Source: an uncultured virus (IMG/VR IMGVR_UViG_3300020169_000014) | Lineage: Duplodnaviria > Heunggongvirae > Uroviricota > Caudoviricetes | DNA: 64,000 nt | IMG/VR virus record: IMGVR_UViG_3300020169_000014 | Location: 1-64,000 of that record | Reading direction: 5' to 3' (one strand) | Shown here: positions 18,144 through 28,308 of the stretch, one piece after another | Position numbering within the stretch: the stretch's first letter is position 1 | Layout of the letters: every line of letters starts with the position of its first letter | Position numbers and translations under genes: made by a program | Notes under the pieces: model-generated | Seen by the model: only the letters and a program-made list of their open reading frames with translations | Told to the model about the DNA's origin: nothing | Database searches by the model: none

Positions 18144-19894
18144 TATGACATATCTCCAAACGGATTTCCTTCAGAAAAATCTAAAAAATCACTTTCGAAA
18201 TCATCAAAGTAATCTCCCTGAGAAAGACCTGCGGCCACCTCTTCTATTTGTTGTAACTCTTCTACCAGATTCGGTGCATAGGTTGCACTAGGAGAAACTA
18301 CCGCTCTTGTTGTATTGAATGTATGATACTTACCGTCTGTCGCACCCACATGAGCCAGATACAAAGTATTGTCCGAGTCAGACCATTTTGCAACCTCGCC
18401 GGTCATGGAGTATCCACTACCAGACTGTGTTACTATCTCACCACGTTTGTAATCATTAACACTGTATGGAGCAGAAATCGTTACGGTCGGTGGTTCGTTG
18501 TAATATATACCCGAGTTTGTCAAGATAAATGAATCTATCACACCATCCGAATCGATTGTAGATGTAGCGGTTGCACTGATTGCATCGAAATGTAACAGTA
18601 CGGCATCTTTATCATCTGCACTATATGCGGCTTCAGTAGTTACTATTACGTTATCAACACCAACAACAGTATATCTTGGTTCTAGAAGTTCTGCCTTCGT
18701 GCCAACTTGAACACGGAATTCATCGATGAATCCATTCAATCCACTCCAGTCAACACCATCGACTGTACGTGCCGCAGTTCCGCCTACCGAGTAACCATTA
18801 TCAGACACCCAGTCGAAAGTAACACCTGCAAGATTATCATCAAACTTTTTCTCGAAATCAAAGTATATAACTAGATTATTTGTATCAAATGCACCGATAA
18901 GTATGTGATGCCAAGTATCTTCTTGGAATAAAACGTTATTACCAGTAAGTACTGTGACACCACCGCCAGAATTATCACCACGACTATATGTTAACTGACC
19001 ACTACTATTGACACCCCAGAAATATCGGGCAGGAAGATCGTCATCACTTCCACCTGTTTCGAAAAAGATTGACTGACCAGTAGAAGGTAAATCATCAATA
19101 TATATCCAAGCTTCAATTACACCATGCAATCCGGTTTGTGTGTAATTAGATTCTGAACCACGACCACGACCTACATCCAGAGACGCATTACCGAACTGCG
19201 AATTACTACCCAAGGCAGATTCTAGAGTTATTGTGGGTGCAGAAGTATATCCCTTACCTGCGAAACCAGTTTGAAACTGTGTCACTTGTCCATCGAGATT
19301 GATCAGTGTAGTTGCAGTTGCTCTCGCAACCTCCGGAGACTCCATGACCAGTTTATATTGGTATGCACTCTCAACCTCCACGTCATCAATACCTTCGATA
19401 TCAGTATCAAAGTCTTCGTCATTATATTCGAATAACTCACACTGAAGTCTGAACGTTGGTAATTGACTTAGTTGATAGAAAGGTGTTTCGGTTTCTACTT
19501 TGAAGATCTCAAACATAGACTGAGAGAATGGGATGTATATGATATCACCTTCTCTTGGACGGAAGTTATACGCATCTAGTTTATCACCGATGAGTCCTTT
19601 CCATCTTCTTCGTGCACAAACAAATGTTGCTTGATCACGTAACTCTACTCCGAACTTGGAGAATAAGTCAGCCTCTCCTCCAAACCCATCTACATTCTCT
19701 ACATACATTTCTATTTTGTATGCGTCACTGAAATGCGAAGGAACGTCATCAAGGAACACTTTATCTACATTGACAAGTTCACGGGGTAAATAATATACAT
19801 CTTGACCATAGAACTTCAAGGACTCGATTACCAAGTCCTCGTATAAGTTCTGTTCGCCACGTACTGCTTGGGAAACCCACGGATTCGTTGCCAT
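18143..19894 (-). CDS. gp14: Neck protein with an inserted LamG/concanavalin-like domain
   Basis: N-terminal EQNLYEDLVIES, YYLPRE, SKFGVELRD, RPREGDIIY; C-terminal DFSEGNPFG; internal IEAWIY...WHHI...GFIDEFRV...LLHFD. Confidence 0.9.
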   Translation of the reverse strand: MATNPWVSQAVRGEQNLYEDLVIESLKFYGQDVYYLPRELVNVDKVFLDDVPSHFSDAYKIEMYVENVDGFGGEADLFSKFGVELRDQATFVCARRRWKGLIGDKLDAYNFRPREGDIIYIPFSQSMFEIFKVETETPFYQLSQLPTFRLQCELFEYNDEDFDTDIEGIDDVEVESAYQYKLVMESPEVARATATTLINLDGQVTQFQTGFAGKGYTSAPTITLESALGSNSQFGNASLDVGRGRGSESNYTQTGLHGVIEAWIYIDDLPSTGQSIFFETGGSDDDLPARYFWGVNSSGQLTYSRGDNSGGGVTVLTGNNVLFQEDTWHHILIGAFDTNNLVIYFDFEKKFDDNLAGVTFDWVSDNGYSVGGTAARTVDGVDWSGLNGFIDEFRVQVGTKAELLEPRYTVVGVDNVIVTTEAAYSADDKDAVLLHFDAISATATSTIDSDGVIDSFILTNSGIYYNEPPTVTISAPYSVNDYKRGEIVTQSGSGYSMTGEVAKWSDSDNTLYLAHVGATDGKYHTFNTTRAVVSPSATYAPNLVEELQQIEEVAAGLSQGDYFDDFESDFLDFSEGNPFGDMS

Positions 19895-19897
19895 TTT

Positions 19898-20659
19898 TTA
19901 TCCTACAAAGAACATTGGGCCAATGTCTTCTTCTTCTCTGAATTTAATCATGATTTGTTCTATCTCTGCAACAGCATCATCATAGATCTGTCGTCCCGAA
20001 ATAGTAACACCGCCAGGTAATTGCATACCTTCGAACTTAGACATATTCTGTCCCCACTGTTTCTTGAGTAGTGCGATAGAATATTGTTTTAAAAACTTAT
20101 GGTTCCATAGTGAATTCAAATCCGAGTTTGTTCCCGCATTAGGATCAATATCACCATATACCTCAAAGACCACATAGTTACCTACTGTGAAATCTGCCTT
20201 ATCATGATAGAAATATACTCTGTCATTCTGTCGGTCAAATGTAATCTGTGGTTCCCCACTTAGTTTCATATCAAGTAATGATAGGTGTTGTTGCATTTGT
20301 TCATAGTATGCCATGTCACCACTATGTCTATTTAGATCACTAATATCATTCAATCTCATCTGATACTTAATATCAAAGAAGTTGGTTGATGCAGTCACAC
20401 TATCCACACGGAACATGCGTACAACAGTTAATAGATCTTCTTGTAGTTCGAAAAACCCTGCGTCAATTTCTGCCTGAACAAGTTGATGTGTAATGTAAAA
20501 TCGTCTTTTACCATCAGGGTGATATTCACGAAACCATTGTAAAGCTTCGTCAATACGATCTTCGATCTGTTCGTCCGCCACATTAATTTCGAGTACAGGA
20601 GATCCTAATGCCCGTAGACAGTAGTCAATATGTTCGTCTCTTGTATTTGGATTGGCCAT
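19898..20659 (-). CDS. gp13: Neck protein
   Basis: YCLRALGSPVLEINV, QWGQNMSKFEGMQLPGGVT. Confidence 0.93.
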   Translation of the reverse strand: MANPNTRDEHIDYCLRALGSPVLEINVADEQIEDRIDEALQWFREYHPDGKRRFYITHQLVQAEIDAGFFELQEDLLTVVRMFRVDSVTASTNFFDIKYQMRLNDISDLNRHSGDMAYYEQMQQHLSLLDMKLSGEPQITFDRQNDRVYFYHDKADFTVGNYVVFEVYGDIDPNAGTNSDLNSLWNHKFLKQYSIALLKKQWGQNMSKFEGMQLPGGVTISGRQIYDDAVAEIEQIMIKFREEEDIGPMFFVG

Positions 20660-20670
20660 GTTATTACCTA

Positions 20671-23600
20671 TTAGTTAAGTAGCGTTCCCGCAGAGTTATA
20701 TACGTTGATTCGATAATGCGAACCTTGTTGACCATCAAGAACATCAGCATCCAGACCTGAACCCGATCCATCTACAGTCTTGACCGCAGTCAACAGTTCA
20801 TTTGCAGTAGAGTATGTTTCATCTACCGAGAACTGACCAGTCGCAGAGTCATATGCGATATCACCAGTAACACTGAATTGATCACGAATGTTTTGTGTCG
20901 TGACCTTGTTATAGGTAATTGTACCAGTTCCAGAGTTATAACTTAAAGAACCGAATCCAGTACCATTATTATTGATACCGATTGCACCACGTGCAAGAGT
21001 ATCAGTATACTGTGTAATGGTAGTTGAAATCGCCCCATCGGTGATTGAGATACCAGTACTTGCGGATATTGCAGAACGGATGTTTGCATCTGTTACCTTC
21101 GCAAAACTAAACTCTCCATTTGAATATGAGAGTGTACCATATCCGGTACCACTATTTGCAGCAGAGAACAATGCAAGAGTTGACGCAGAGTCTACGCCAG
21201 GATTTGCTAAACTAAACTGTCCGGTCGCACTATCATATCCAAGACCCGAATTATCTACACTGAATAAGTTACGGATAGTAGACGTATGGTTGGATAGACT
21301 CGATACAGTACCAGTTACGTCACCTGTTAGGTTTGCGGTGATTGCAGTTGCAGTAAAGTTACCCGAACCATCACGTTCAACAATTGTACTTGCGGTATTC
21401 GCAGAAGTCGCAGTAGTTGCAGAATTCTGTACCTTACCCGCAGTTGAGATTGTTCCGAGTTTAGTATCTGCAATCGCAGCATTTGTATTGATGTCAGCAT
21501 TGACAATAGTATTCGCAGTAATCCCAGTCGTAATAGTAATGTTACTAGTACCATCAAACGAAGTTGCGGTACCAGTCACATCACCAGAAATACCAATAGT
21601 TCTTGAAGTGAGAAGACTATTTGCGGTAGACGCATTACCCGTTACTGCACCAGTAACATTACCATATAATCTGTTGACTTGCAAGTCTGCGAGTTCAAAA
21701 GATGGGTCTGAAGTATTGATGTTTCCACCAACTTCTGGATCGTATTTGTTGAAGAACTTCCAACGACTATCTGTGGTATCACGGAAGACACCCGCATGGG
21801 TATATGGCGCATCAATCGTATTGTAGTTACCGACAATACCAAAATCTTGATTGATTGGTTGTGCGTCACCTTTCCAGTAGTTGTTTAAAGTGTGACCAGT
21901 AGGAGACGAGAAAGTTACCTTGACATTATATCTTAATGGTACAAGAGTATTATCTACACCCAAGTTCCAAGAGGTAGGGCCTGTACCACCGTCCGAATCA
22001 AACGATAACGGAGTAAACTCGCCAATACCTTCCGCAGAGTCGAAACCCCATTGGATAGTATCACCTGCACTATCGGTTCCGGTTATCTTGACAAAATACG
22101 TTCTGTCAGAATCACCTTCATAATATTCTTTGAAAGTCGCATCATTAAGTCCAGATATACCCGCACCGAATACTGTTTCGATGGTATCACCTGCACCAAC
22201 ATAGATGAACTGATCACCAACGTTTAGAGACTGTACAGTAGTTGTTGTTTCAGAACCAAGGATGTTCAGATTACCTGCGATAGTGACATCACCATCTACA
22301 CGTTGGTTACCTTGAACACGAATGTTCTCTGCAATCTCTGGAGCAAGACGGATCTGAATACAACCACCGACATTACCACCAGTTGCGGAATCCGAAACAA
22401 GTACCGTACCAACTTGATATGGCCAGTTAGGATAATCAGGAGAAAATGCTACCATTTCACCCGCACTATCAGGAGAAACGTGAAGGGTATCACCCACATT
22501 AAAGGATGCAGTATTCAACCCACCGTATAGACCACGTACTGTTACATAACCATATGCACCATTAGCGATAGTACTTGATGCAAGTCCAGATGTTGTGTAT
22601 GTTGTACTGAAGTTATCTGCCTTTGCAAGTGAGATTGTCGGGAAGTCATTTGCAGCACCAGTTACATATACAACTTTACCCTTGGGAATAGATGATCCCG
22701 AGTTGTTGAAAACTCGCATGATTTCATCTTGACCAACTTTGACATTGATTGATGAGTTCGAGTATACAAGTGCATCAGGGCCTTGCATATAAAACAAGTT
22801 ACCTTCACGGAAAGCAGGAAGGTTATTGGGAACATCGATATCCGAGTAGGATGATATGTCTACGTTAAGTAGTTTGAAGTCACCAGAATCCGCAGTGATT
22901 TTACCATCAACAATCATACGGTCTTCAACACGGATATATTCTGCGTGTTCTTTCTCAATGTTTACAAGTAGTGAACCCGAAGTAGAATCTACTGAGATTA
23001 CACGACCTACGTGTGTAGGATAACCTTGGTCGATTGATACTTCAGTTGTAGACCACTTACCCGCACTATCAGCAGAAAGGTATGCAAATGCACCTTCGAT
23101 CATATTCGAAGTGTTCAAACCATTTACTAAACCGAACTGAGTCACATAACCGTGGTTCCCGTTCGGGATATCCATAGTTGCAATACCAGTAACATTTGCT
23201 GTAGAAGAAGCATCTGCCTTTGCAAGAGATATTTGGGGGTGGATACCGTGTGCAGTACCGGATACGTATACTGCATCACCATTGTTAATCTGTCCACCGG
23301 TCAAGTTATGAACATATATTAAATGTTCTTGACCGAGGTTGATTGTTACATCTTGAACCAATTCATTGGTTGTTGGTATAAACGATATACCTTTCTGTGG
23401 GTTTGAATCATAGTAGAGTAAACCCGCAAGACTATTAGGTGCAGTTTCTTGTTTAGTTAAGTGTAGACATCCAATCTCTGCGGAGTCAACAGTTACCTTA
23501 CCGAATACAATATCATCGGTAGTTCCGACAGACTGTGCAATCGCAATAGACCCGTCAGTGATTGTGACACCAGTTCCACCAGAGAAATGTGCACGAGTCT

Positions 23601-24900
23601 CGGATGCACTAGGGCCTGTGTATGTAATTACACCAGTACCGTTATTATAAGATAGAGAACCATCTCCACCTGCATCTGTTACTGAGACCAGACCACGTAC
23701 TTCTGAGTCTGTTCTTTGTGTGAAAGAGTATCTACCAGTCGCAGAGTCATATGATAAATCACCACCGGCAGATAAATGCGCACGGACTTCACTCGCATTT
23801 GGGCCAGTGTATGTAAAGATACCTGTGGATGAATCATATGAAAGAGACCCATCACCCCCAGCATCGTTTACTGATACTGTGCCACGTGCGTCTGCATCTG
23901 TATATTGTGTAATACTTGTCGAGATTTGACCATTGGTGATACCAATACCTGTACCTGCACTAAAATGTGCACGGACTTCGGCCGCAGAAGGGCCGGTAAA
24001 GGAGAACGTACCTGTAGAACTATCATACGAGAATGAACCATCTCCGCCATTGTCAGTCGCAGATACCGCAGCACGTGCTCTGGCATTGTTGAAATAGAGA
24101 TTGGTAGAACCACCTTCACTTAAATCATTGGTAGTTTTTAACGCAAAGTCAGAATCAAATCCTGCATATGATACTTCGGTATAACCTAGTGTACCAGTTG
24201 CAGCGTTATATGTCAACGGTAAACCACTTACACCAATCGCATTTCGTGCGGTAGTTGTGGTGGTTGCGGAATCGTAATAGAGGTTAGTCGAGCCTTGTGT
24301 TAGGTCGTCTGTTGTTTTGGTTGCAAGATCTGTATTGAATAGAGATGTTGCATAATATTTGTTTGTGCTACCTTGGGTAAGATCGTCTGTTGTTTTAAGA
24401 GCAAGACGATCATCGAATGCGGAGTCTGCACGTGCAGTTGTGTAGTAAAGGTTAGTCCCTTCACTTAAATCCGAAGTCGAGAAATGTTGCAGACCAATTC
24501 GTGCATTGAATGAACCACCATCTGCGGTGGCCAGTGTAAGAGTTGCATTAGAGGAATCGAAGGATAACCCCGAAACACCTGCAACAGTAACAGTTCCCGC
24601 ACTATCAATTTGACCTTGCGCATTGATAGTCAATACTGGAATGGTTGTGGTAGAACCATAGGTACCTGCACCGACACCAGTGTTGGTGATACTTAACTCA
24701 CCGTTGGTCTCGGTAATGCCGGTTCCACCAGATACTTGTCTGAGTGTTACGATAGAACTAGAGGATGCAGAATCCGTTGTCTTGAAGAAAAGACGACCAT
24801 CATTTGTGTTGATCGCTAATTCGCCAAGTTCTATATTTGATGTAGTCGGGCTCTTGCCCTTAACTGCACTTCTCTTTAATCTAAAAAGTGTATTCGACAT
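20671..24900 (-). CDS. Long fibre-like virion protein (1409 aa)
   Basis: Gly/Thr/Ser-rich; repeats TTDDLTQGSTNLYY and DxGGDGSLSYDSSTG; two similar internal domains (VHN/VFN...G.xVYV.G...ISLAKAD); C-terminal DGSGSGLDADVLDG. Confidence 0.75.
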   Translation of the reverse strand: MSNTLFRLKRSAVKGKSPTTSNIELGELAINTNDGRLFFKTTDSASSSSIVTLRQVSGGTGITETNGELSITNTGVGAGTYGSTTTIPVLTINAQGQIDSAGTVTVAGVSGLSFDSSNATLTLATADGGSFNARIGLQHFSTSDLSEGTNLYYTTARADSAFDDRLALKTTDDLTQGSTNKYYATSLFNTDLATKTTDDLTQGSTNLYYDSATTTTTARNAIGVSGLPLTYNAATGTLGYTEVSYAGFDSDFALKTTNDLSEGGSTNLYFNNARARAAVSATDNGGDGSFSYDSSTGTFSFTGPSAAEVRAHFSAGTGIGITNGQISTSITQYTDADARGTVSVNDAGGDGSLSYDSSTGIFTYTGPNASEVRAHLSAGGDLSYDSATGRYSFTQRTDSEVRGLVSVTDAGGDGSLSYNNGTGVITYTGPSASETRAHFSGGTGVTITDGSIAIAQSVGTTDDIVFGKVTVDSAEIGCLHLTKQETAPNSLAGLLYYDSNPQKGISFIPTTNELVQDVTINLGQEHLIYVHNLTGGQINNGDAVYVSGTAHGIHPQISLAKADASSTANVTGIATMDIPNGNHGYVTQFGLVNGLNTSNMIEGAFAYLSADSAGKWSTTEVSIDQGYPTHVGRVISVDSTSGSLLVNIEKEHAEYIRVEDRMIVDGKITADSGDFKLLNVDISSYSDIDVPNNLPAFREGNLFYMQGPDALVYSNSSINVKVGQDEIMRVFNNSGSSIPKGKVVYVTGAANDFPTISLAKADNFSTTYTTSGLASSTIANGAYGYVTVRGLYGGLNTASFNVGDTLHVSPDSAGEMVAFSPDYPNWPYQVGTVLVSDSATGGNVGGCIQIRLAPEIAENIRVQGNQRVDGDVTIAGNLNILGSETTTTVQSLNVGDQFIYVGAGDTIETVFGAGISGLNDATFKEYYEGDSDRTYFVKITGTDSAGDTIQWGFDSAEGIGEFTPLSFDSDGGTGPTSWNLGVDNTLVPLRYNVKVTFSSPTGHTLNNYWKGDAQPINQDFGIVGNYNTIDAPYTHAGVFRDTTDSRWKFFNKYDPEVGGNINTSDPSFELADLQVNRLYGNVTGAVTGNASTANSLLTSRTIGISGDVTGTATSFDGTSNITITTGITANTIVNADINTNAAIADTKLGTISTAGKVQNSATTATSANTASTIVERDGSGNFTATAITANLTGDVTGTVSSLSNHTSTIRNLFSVDNSGLGYDSATGQFSLANPGVDSASTLALFSAANSGTGYGTLSYSNGEFSFAKVTDANIRSAISASTGISITDGAISTTITQYTDTLARGAIGINNNGTGFGSLSYNSGTGTITYNKVTTQNIRDQFSVTGDIAYDSATGQFSVDETYSTANELLTAVKTVDGSGSGLDADVLDGQQGSHYRINVYNSAGTLLN

Positions 24901-24927
24901 TTGTCAACCTTTTCCAATATTGGATAA

Positions 24928-24947
24928 ACCCCCTTATAGAAGGGGGT
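24928..24947 (-). terminator. Intergenic hairpin (weak terminator or 5' stabiliser)
   Basis: ACCCCCTT-ATAG-AAGGGGGT on the plus strand; only a short U tract on the minus strand. Confidence 0.5.
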
Positions 24948-24960
24948 GATATTCTATTAT

Positions 24961-26952
24961 TTAGTATGTTCCACCATCGAGTGTTGCGATAGTCACAAAA
25001 CCAGATGTAATGGTGAATTGGTCTGAGTCAAAAGACGCAACACCTTTGTTAGTATAACTTGCAATCTCTGCCGCGAATGTGATAGTATTATCACTGTCTT
25101 GTGCAGCACCATAGGTAATGTCCATACCTTCACCGGCAGCGAAGAATGTGTTACCTAGATGGTCTTCGATATATTCACGAAGAACCGTACCATTGCGATA
25201 GATCTCACCACCAACATCTAGATCTTTGTTGGTGTTCCACTTGTCTCCTGCAACAGAGTAAGTGATTGTTGCATTTGCACCATTGACCGTAATACCTGCA
25301 CCATTTGCAGCGGTCGCATCTGCGGCACTATCTGCAAGAACAAGGTTAAGGTCATTGATCGACATAGTAGTCGAGTTAATGATTGTCTGCGTACCCTGTA
25401 CAACAAGGTCACCCAGTACAAGAACTTGACCACCGTTAGAGTCTCCACCTTTAGGGTCAAGTACAAGAACCTCGGTAGAACTGTTAGTAGAGATCTTGTT
25501 ACCATCGATACGAATTGTATCGGTAGTAATACCGGTTAGACCGGTGAGATCTGTAATAGTCGCACCAAGTGCAACCGTAGTATCACCTATTGTGATGTCA
25601 TCATTTACTAAATCTGCATTTGCAATAGACGCAGCCTTCAGACTTACGTGACCATTCGATATATCAAAGTCAGTATCTTCGAAAGATGCAATACCTTTGT
25701 TGGCACCATTCGCATCTTCACCTTCGATAGAGATGTTAGTACCTGCATGACCTACATTGATACCTTCTCCACCAAGGATAGATACCATGTGACCAGTAAT
25801 AGGAACAATACCATCATCAGTTGTGATTTGTTTCACTACCGAAGAATCGAGACTTACGTCACCAGAGTTGAGTGTGAAGTCACTCGAATTAAATTTAGCG
25901 GTACCCAGTTGTGAATACGATGCGGTTCTTGGTGTAATAGTTACTGTTGCACCTGCACCAGTTACATCCAGACCCTGTACGCCATTACCGAGGATATTGA
26001 AATCATGTCCGATAGGAGTTACAGATCCAGAGTCTGTAGTGATGAGTTTTACTACATCATCCACCAAAGATACTGAACCGGAAGTTACATCAAAGTCATC
26101 AGAGAGGAACTGAGCAACACCCTTCGAAGAAGTAGTCGCATCATCAATTGCATAGTCTACAGTATTTGTAGTTGCGGTATATGTAAGAGTGAGACCATTA
26201 CCGGTTGCGGTAAATGTCAAGTCCGAGTCAAGTAGACTGATAGGATCTGAGTTGACAGTCAAGTTTGTTGCAACGTTCGCAACAGAAGCCGCAGTCAAAC
26301 GACCTTGTGCATCAACTGTGAAAGTTGGAATCTGTGTGGTAGAACCATATGACCCAGGCGTTACCGCAGTACTGTCTAAGTCAAAAGTAATTGCATCATC
26401 AGTAACAGTAGATGTCAGACCTGTACCACCACCGAATGTCAATATACCGGTAGAAGTATTGAACGTGTCATTAGTACCGTTATCTGCACCGATAGTAAAA
26501 GTGTTGGTAGCAATTTGATCATCTACATATCCTTTGTTCGCAGCATCCGAGTCATGGGTAGGAGTCGCAACACCGTGAAGTTGTACGTTTAGAAAATCGA
26601 CTTCATTACCTTGAGTGTCAATTGTAAGTCCACCAGTTACACTGATAGAACTCCCATCAATAATAATGTCATCGACTTTTAAAATATCAAGTTTGCTATC
26701 CGCATCAACAATGAGTGCACTATTCGGGGTAACTGTGCCTTTGTCATGGTCGAGCATTTGAGTGAAGAATTTACCACCAATAACTTCGTGGTTGACTGCA
26801 TTACCTGCGATTTCAGTACCAGTACCGATATATAAACGGTCACCACCATTGGAACCATTATCGGGCAAGTATGAATATGCTAATTCACCTTGGCCAAGTG
26901 TGGACGGATCTCCCGAAGTCCCCGACCGTTTTATTCTTAATAATGATGCCAT
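24961..26952 (-). CDS. Fibre-like virion protein (663 aa)
   Basis: N-terminal RIKRSG..P..L..GELAY shared with the 1409-aa fibre; four (K/L)GxAxF..DF.x.SG.V repeats; ends LDGGTY. Confidence 0.75.
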   Translation of the reverse strand: MASLLRIKRSGTSGDPSTLGQGELAYSYLPDNGSNGGDRLYIGTGTEIAGNAVNHEVIGGKFFTQMLDHDKGTVTPNSALIVDADSKLDILKVDDIIIDGSSISVTGGLTIDTQGNEVDFLNVQLHGVATPTHDSDAANKGYVDDQIATNTFTIGADNGTNDTFNTSTGILTFGGGTGLTSTVTDDAITFDLDSTAVTPGSYGSTTQIPTFTVDAQGRLTAASVANVATNLTVNSDPISLLDSDLTFTATGNGLTLTYTATTNTVDYAIDDATTSSKGVAQFLSDDFDVTSGSVSLVDDVVKLITTDSGSVTPIGHDFNILGNGVQGLDVTGAGATVTITPRTASYSQLGTAKFNSSDFTLNSGDVSLDSSVVKQITTDDGIVPITGHMVSILGGEGINVGHAGTNISIEGEDANGANKGIASFEDTDFDISNGHVSLKAASIANADLVNDDITIGDTTVALGATITDLTGLTGITTDTIRIDGNKISTNSSTEVLVLDPKGGDSNGGQVLVLGDLVVQGTQTIINSTTMSINDLNLVLADSAADATAANGAGITVNGANATITYSVAGDKWNTNKDLDVGGEIYRNGTVLREYIEDHLGNTFFAAGEGMDITYGAAQDSDNTITFAAEIASYTNKGVASFDSDQFTITSGFVTIATLDGGTY

Positions 26953-27176
26953 TAGTATTGGCCTCCGTTAACTTCTTGATTGTTTAATTCAGTTTTTGCC
27001 TCAAAATTGCCTGTGGATTCACTGAATACTAGAACTGCACCATCCGTAACATTACTGGTATCTACACCACCGATATTATTGATATTGCCTGTAGTTGATG
27101 TGATACGTCTGATTGGTTTCCCAACAACGACCCTTTTAACTTTAGTTTTTCCTCTAAGGGATACCGTGACAGCCAT
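26952..27176 (-). CDS. Small virion-associated hypothetical protein
   Basis: Stop abuts the next start; VDTSNVTDGAVLVF motif; ends NGGQY. Confidence 0.65.
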   Translation of the reverse strand: MAVTVSLRGKTKVKRVVVGKPIRRITSTTGNINNIGGVDTSNVTDGAVLVFSESTGNFEAKTELNNQEVNGGQY

Positions 27177-27180
27177 ATAT

Positions 27181-27555
27181 TTACCTTGTTACCGAAGGTG
27201 AGACTTTGATCTTACCCTCTAAAATTCGTTCAATGAGAATATTACCGTCACTATCATTGACCGCTAATTCAACGTCATAGACGTAACGTGTTCTGGTATT
27301 GAGGGTGTCAGTTTGAGTATTTGTGAGGGATAAAACTGCAATACCATCTGTTGCGGGTTCGCTAACGATAGTGGTGAAATCTAGGATCTCATCACTGTCA
27401 ACAGAAGTGTAACTACGTTTCATTTTTGCGTTAACGGTATGTCCAGTCAAGTTTTTCTTGGAACCGTCAGTTTCCTGAAGGTGCAACTCGATTGCAACGT
27501 CTGCGCCTTGATCAATTGTAAAGTCTTCGTAATCTGCCATTCCAGTTCCCATCAA
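27181..27555 (-). CDS. Ig-like adaptor / fibre-attachment protein (BppU-N-like)
   Basis: IDQGAD, NLTGHT, LSLTNTQT, RYVYDVEL, RILEGKIKVSPSVT; start probably at MADY. Confidence 0.65.
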   Translation of the reverse strand: MMGTGMADYEDFTIDQGADVAIELHLQETDGSKKNLTGHTVNAKMKRSYTSVDSDEILDFTTIVSEPATDGIAVLSLTNTQTDTLNTRTRYVYDVELAVNDSDGNILIERILEGKIKVSPSVTR

Positions 27556-27577
27556 ACCAAAGTTGTGTCTATGGTTT

Positions 27578-27585
27578 TATTTATA
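27578..27585 (-). promoter_or_regulatory. T4-type late promoter
   Basis: TATAAATA on the minus strand, intergenic. Confidence 0.75.
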
Positions 27586-27612
27586 TGTTTTGGAAACTGG
27601 AAAACGAGATAT

Positions 27613-28308
27613 TTATTCGTCTGAACTAATTTCTTCGAGTAAATCTTCGCGAAGTTCAGCGGATAGTTGGGAAGTATCGAAAGTGAAAGATACTGTACAT
27701 CTCCAACAGTCAGTCTTCGCGGCATGATAGAACAATCTTTCGGGTTCACCGTAATGACCAAAGTATGCTGCCTTGCACTGCCACCCTGGCTTATCTTCCA
27801 TCACCACAACTTCTTTTGATATAGGATCTACATATTCGAATTGACCTTCTCCAGTTTCCGACCACGTGAAGATCAAATTATACGCTGCTGCATTTGCATT
27901 ATTGTGCCAAGAGATAAAACCACCGGGCGGATACCATGCGGTTAGTGCATTATTTTTCACACCCAACCAATTCATAAGTCCTTGATTCATGTGCGCGAGT
28001 TCTGCGGTTCTATCTTTTCTTACCGAGGGATGAACCCCGTTATTGAAAAATTCATGTCCCTTGCGACCAACACTCATTTCATAACCATACATCTGATCGG
28101 GAAATCCTTCGTGTCGGGTTCCTTGATCTAATATTTCTTCCAGATGACCTTTACCCGCCCAGAAATGTCTATTCCGTGATTCGTGAGAACAACTCTTATG
28201 AAATGTTTCCTCGAAGTCAGGGATATCTCTGGTCAAGAAATCTCGATAGGCATTTAATTTCACCAATAAGTCTTGGTTCATCACCGGAATGTCTTGCATA
28301 TAACTCAT
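27613..28308 (-). CDS. 2OG-Fe(II) oxygenase-like protein, paralog of 6504-7127
   Basis: YPPGGFISWHNN ... YHAA ... RCTVSF; shares YNLIFTWSETG and GWxCKAxYFG with the paralog. Confidence 0.6.
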   Translation of the reverse strand: MSYMQDIPVMNQDLLVKLNAYRDFLTRDIPDFEETFHKSCSHESRNRHFWAGKGHLEEILDQGTRHEGFPDQMYGYEMSVGRKGHEFFNNGVHPSVRKDRTAELAHMNQGLMNWLGVKNNALTAWYPPGGFISWHNNANAAAYNLIFTWSETGEGQFEYVDPISKEVVVMEDKPGWQCKAAYFGHYGEPERLFYHAAKTDCWRCTVSFTFDTSQLSAELREDLLEEISSDE

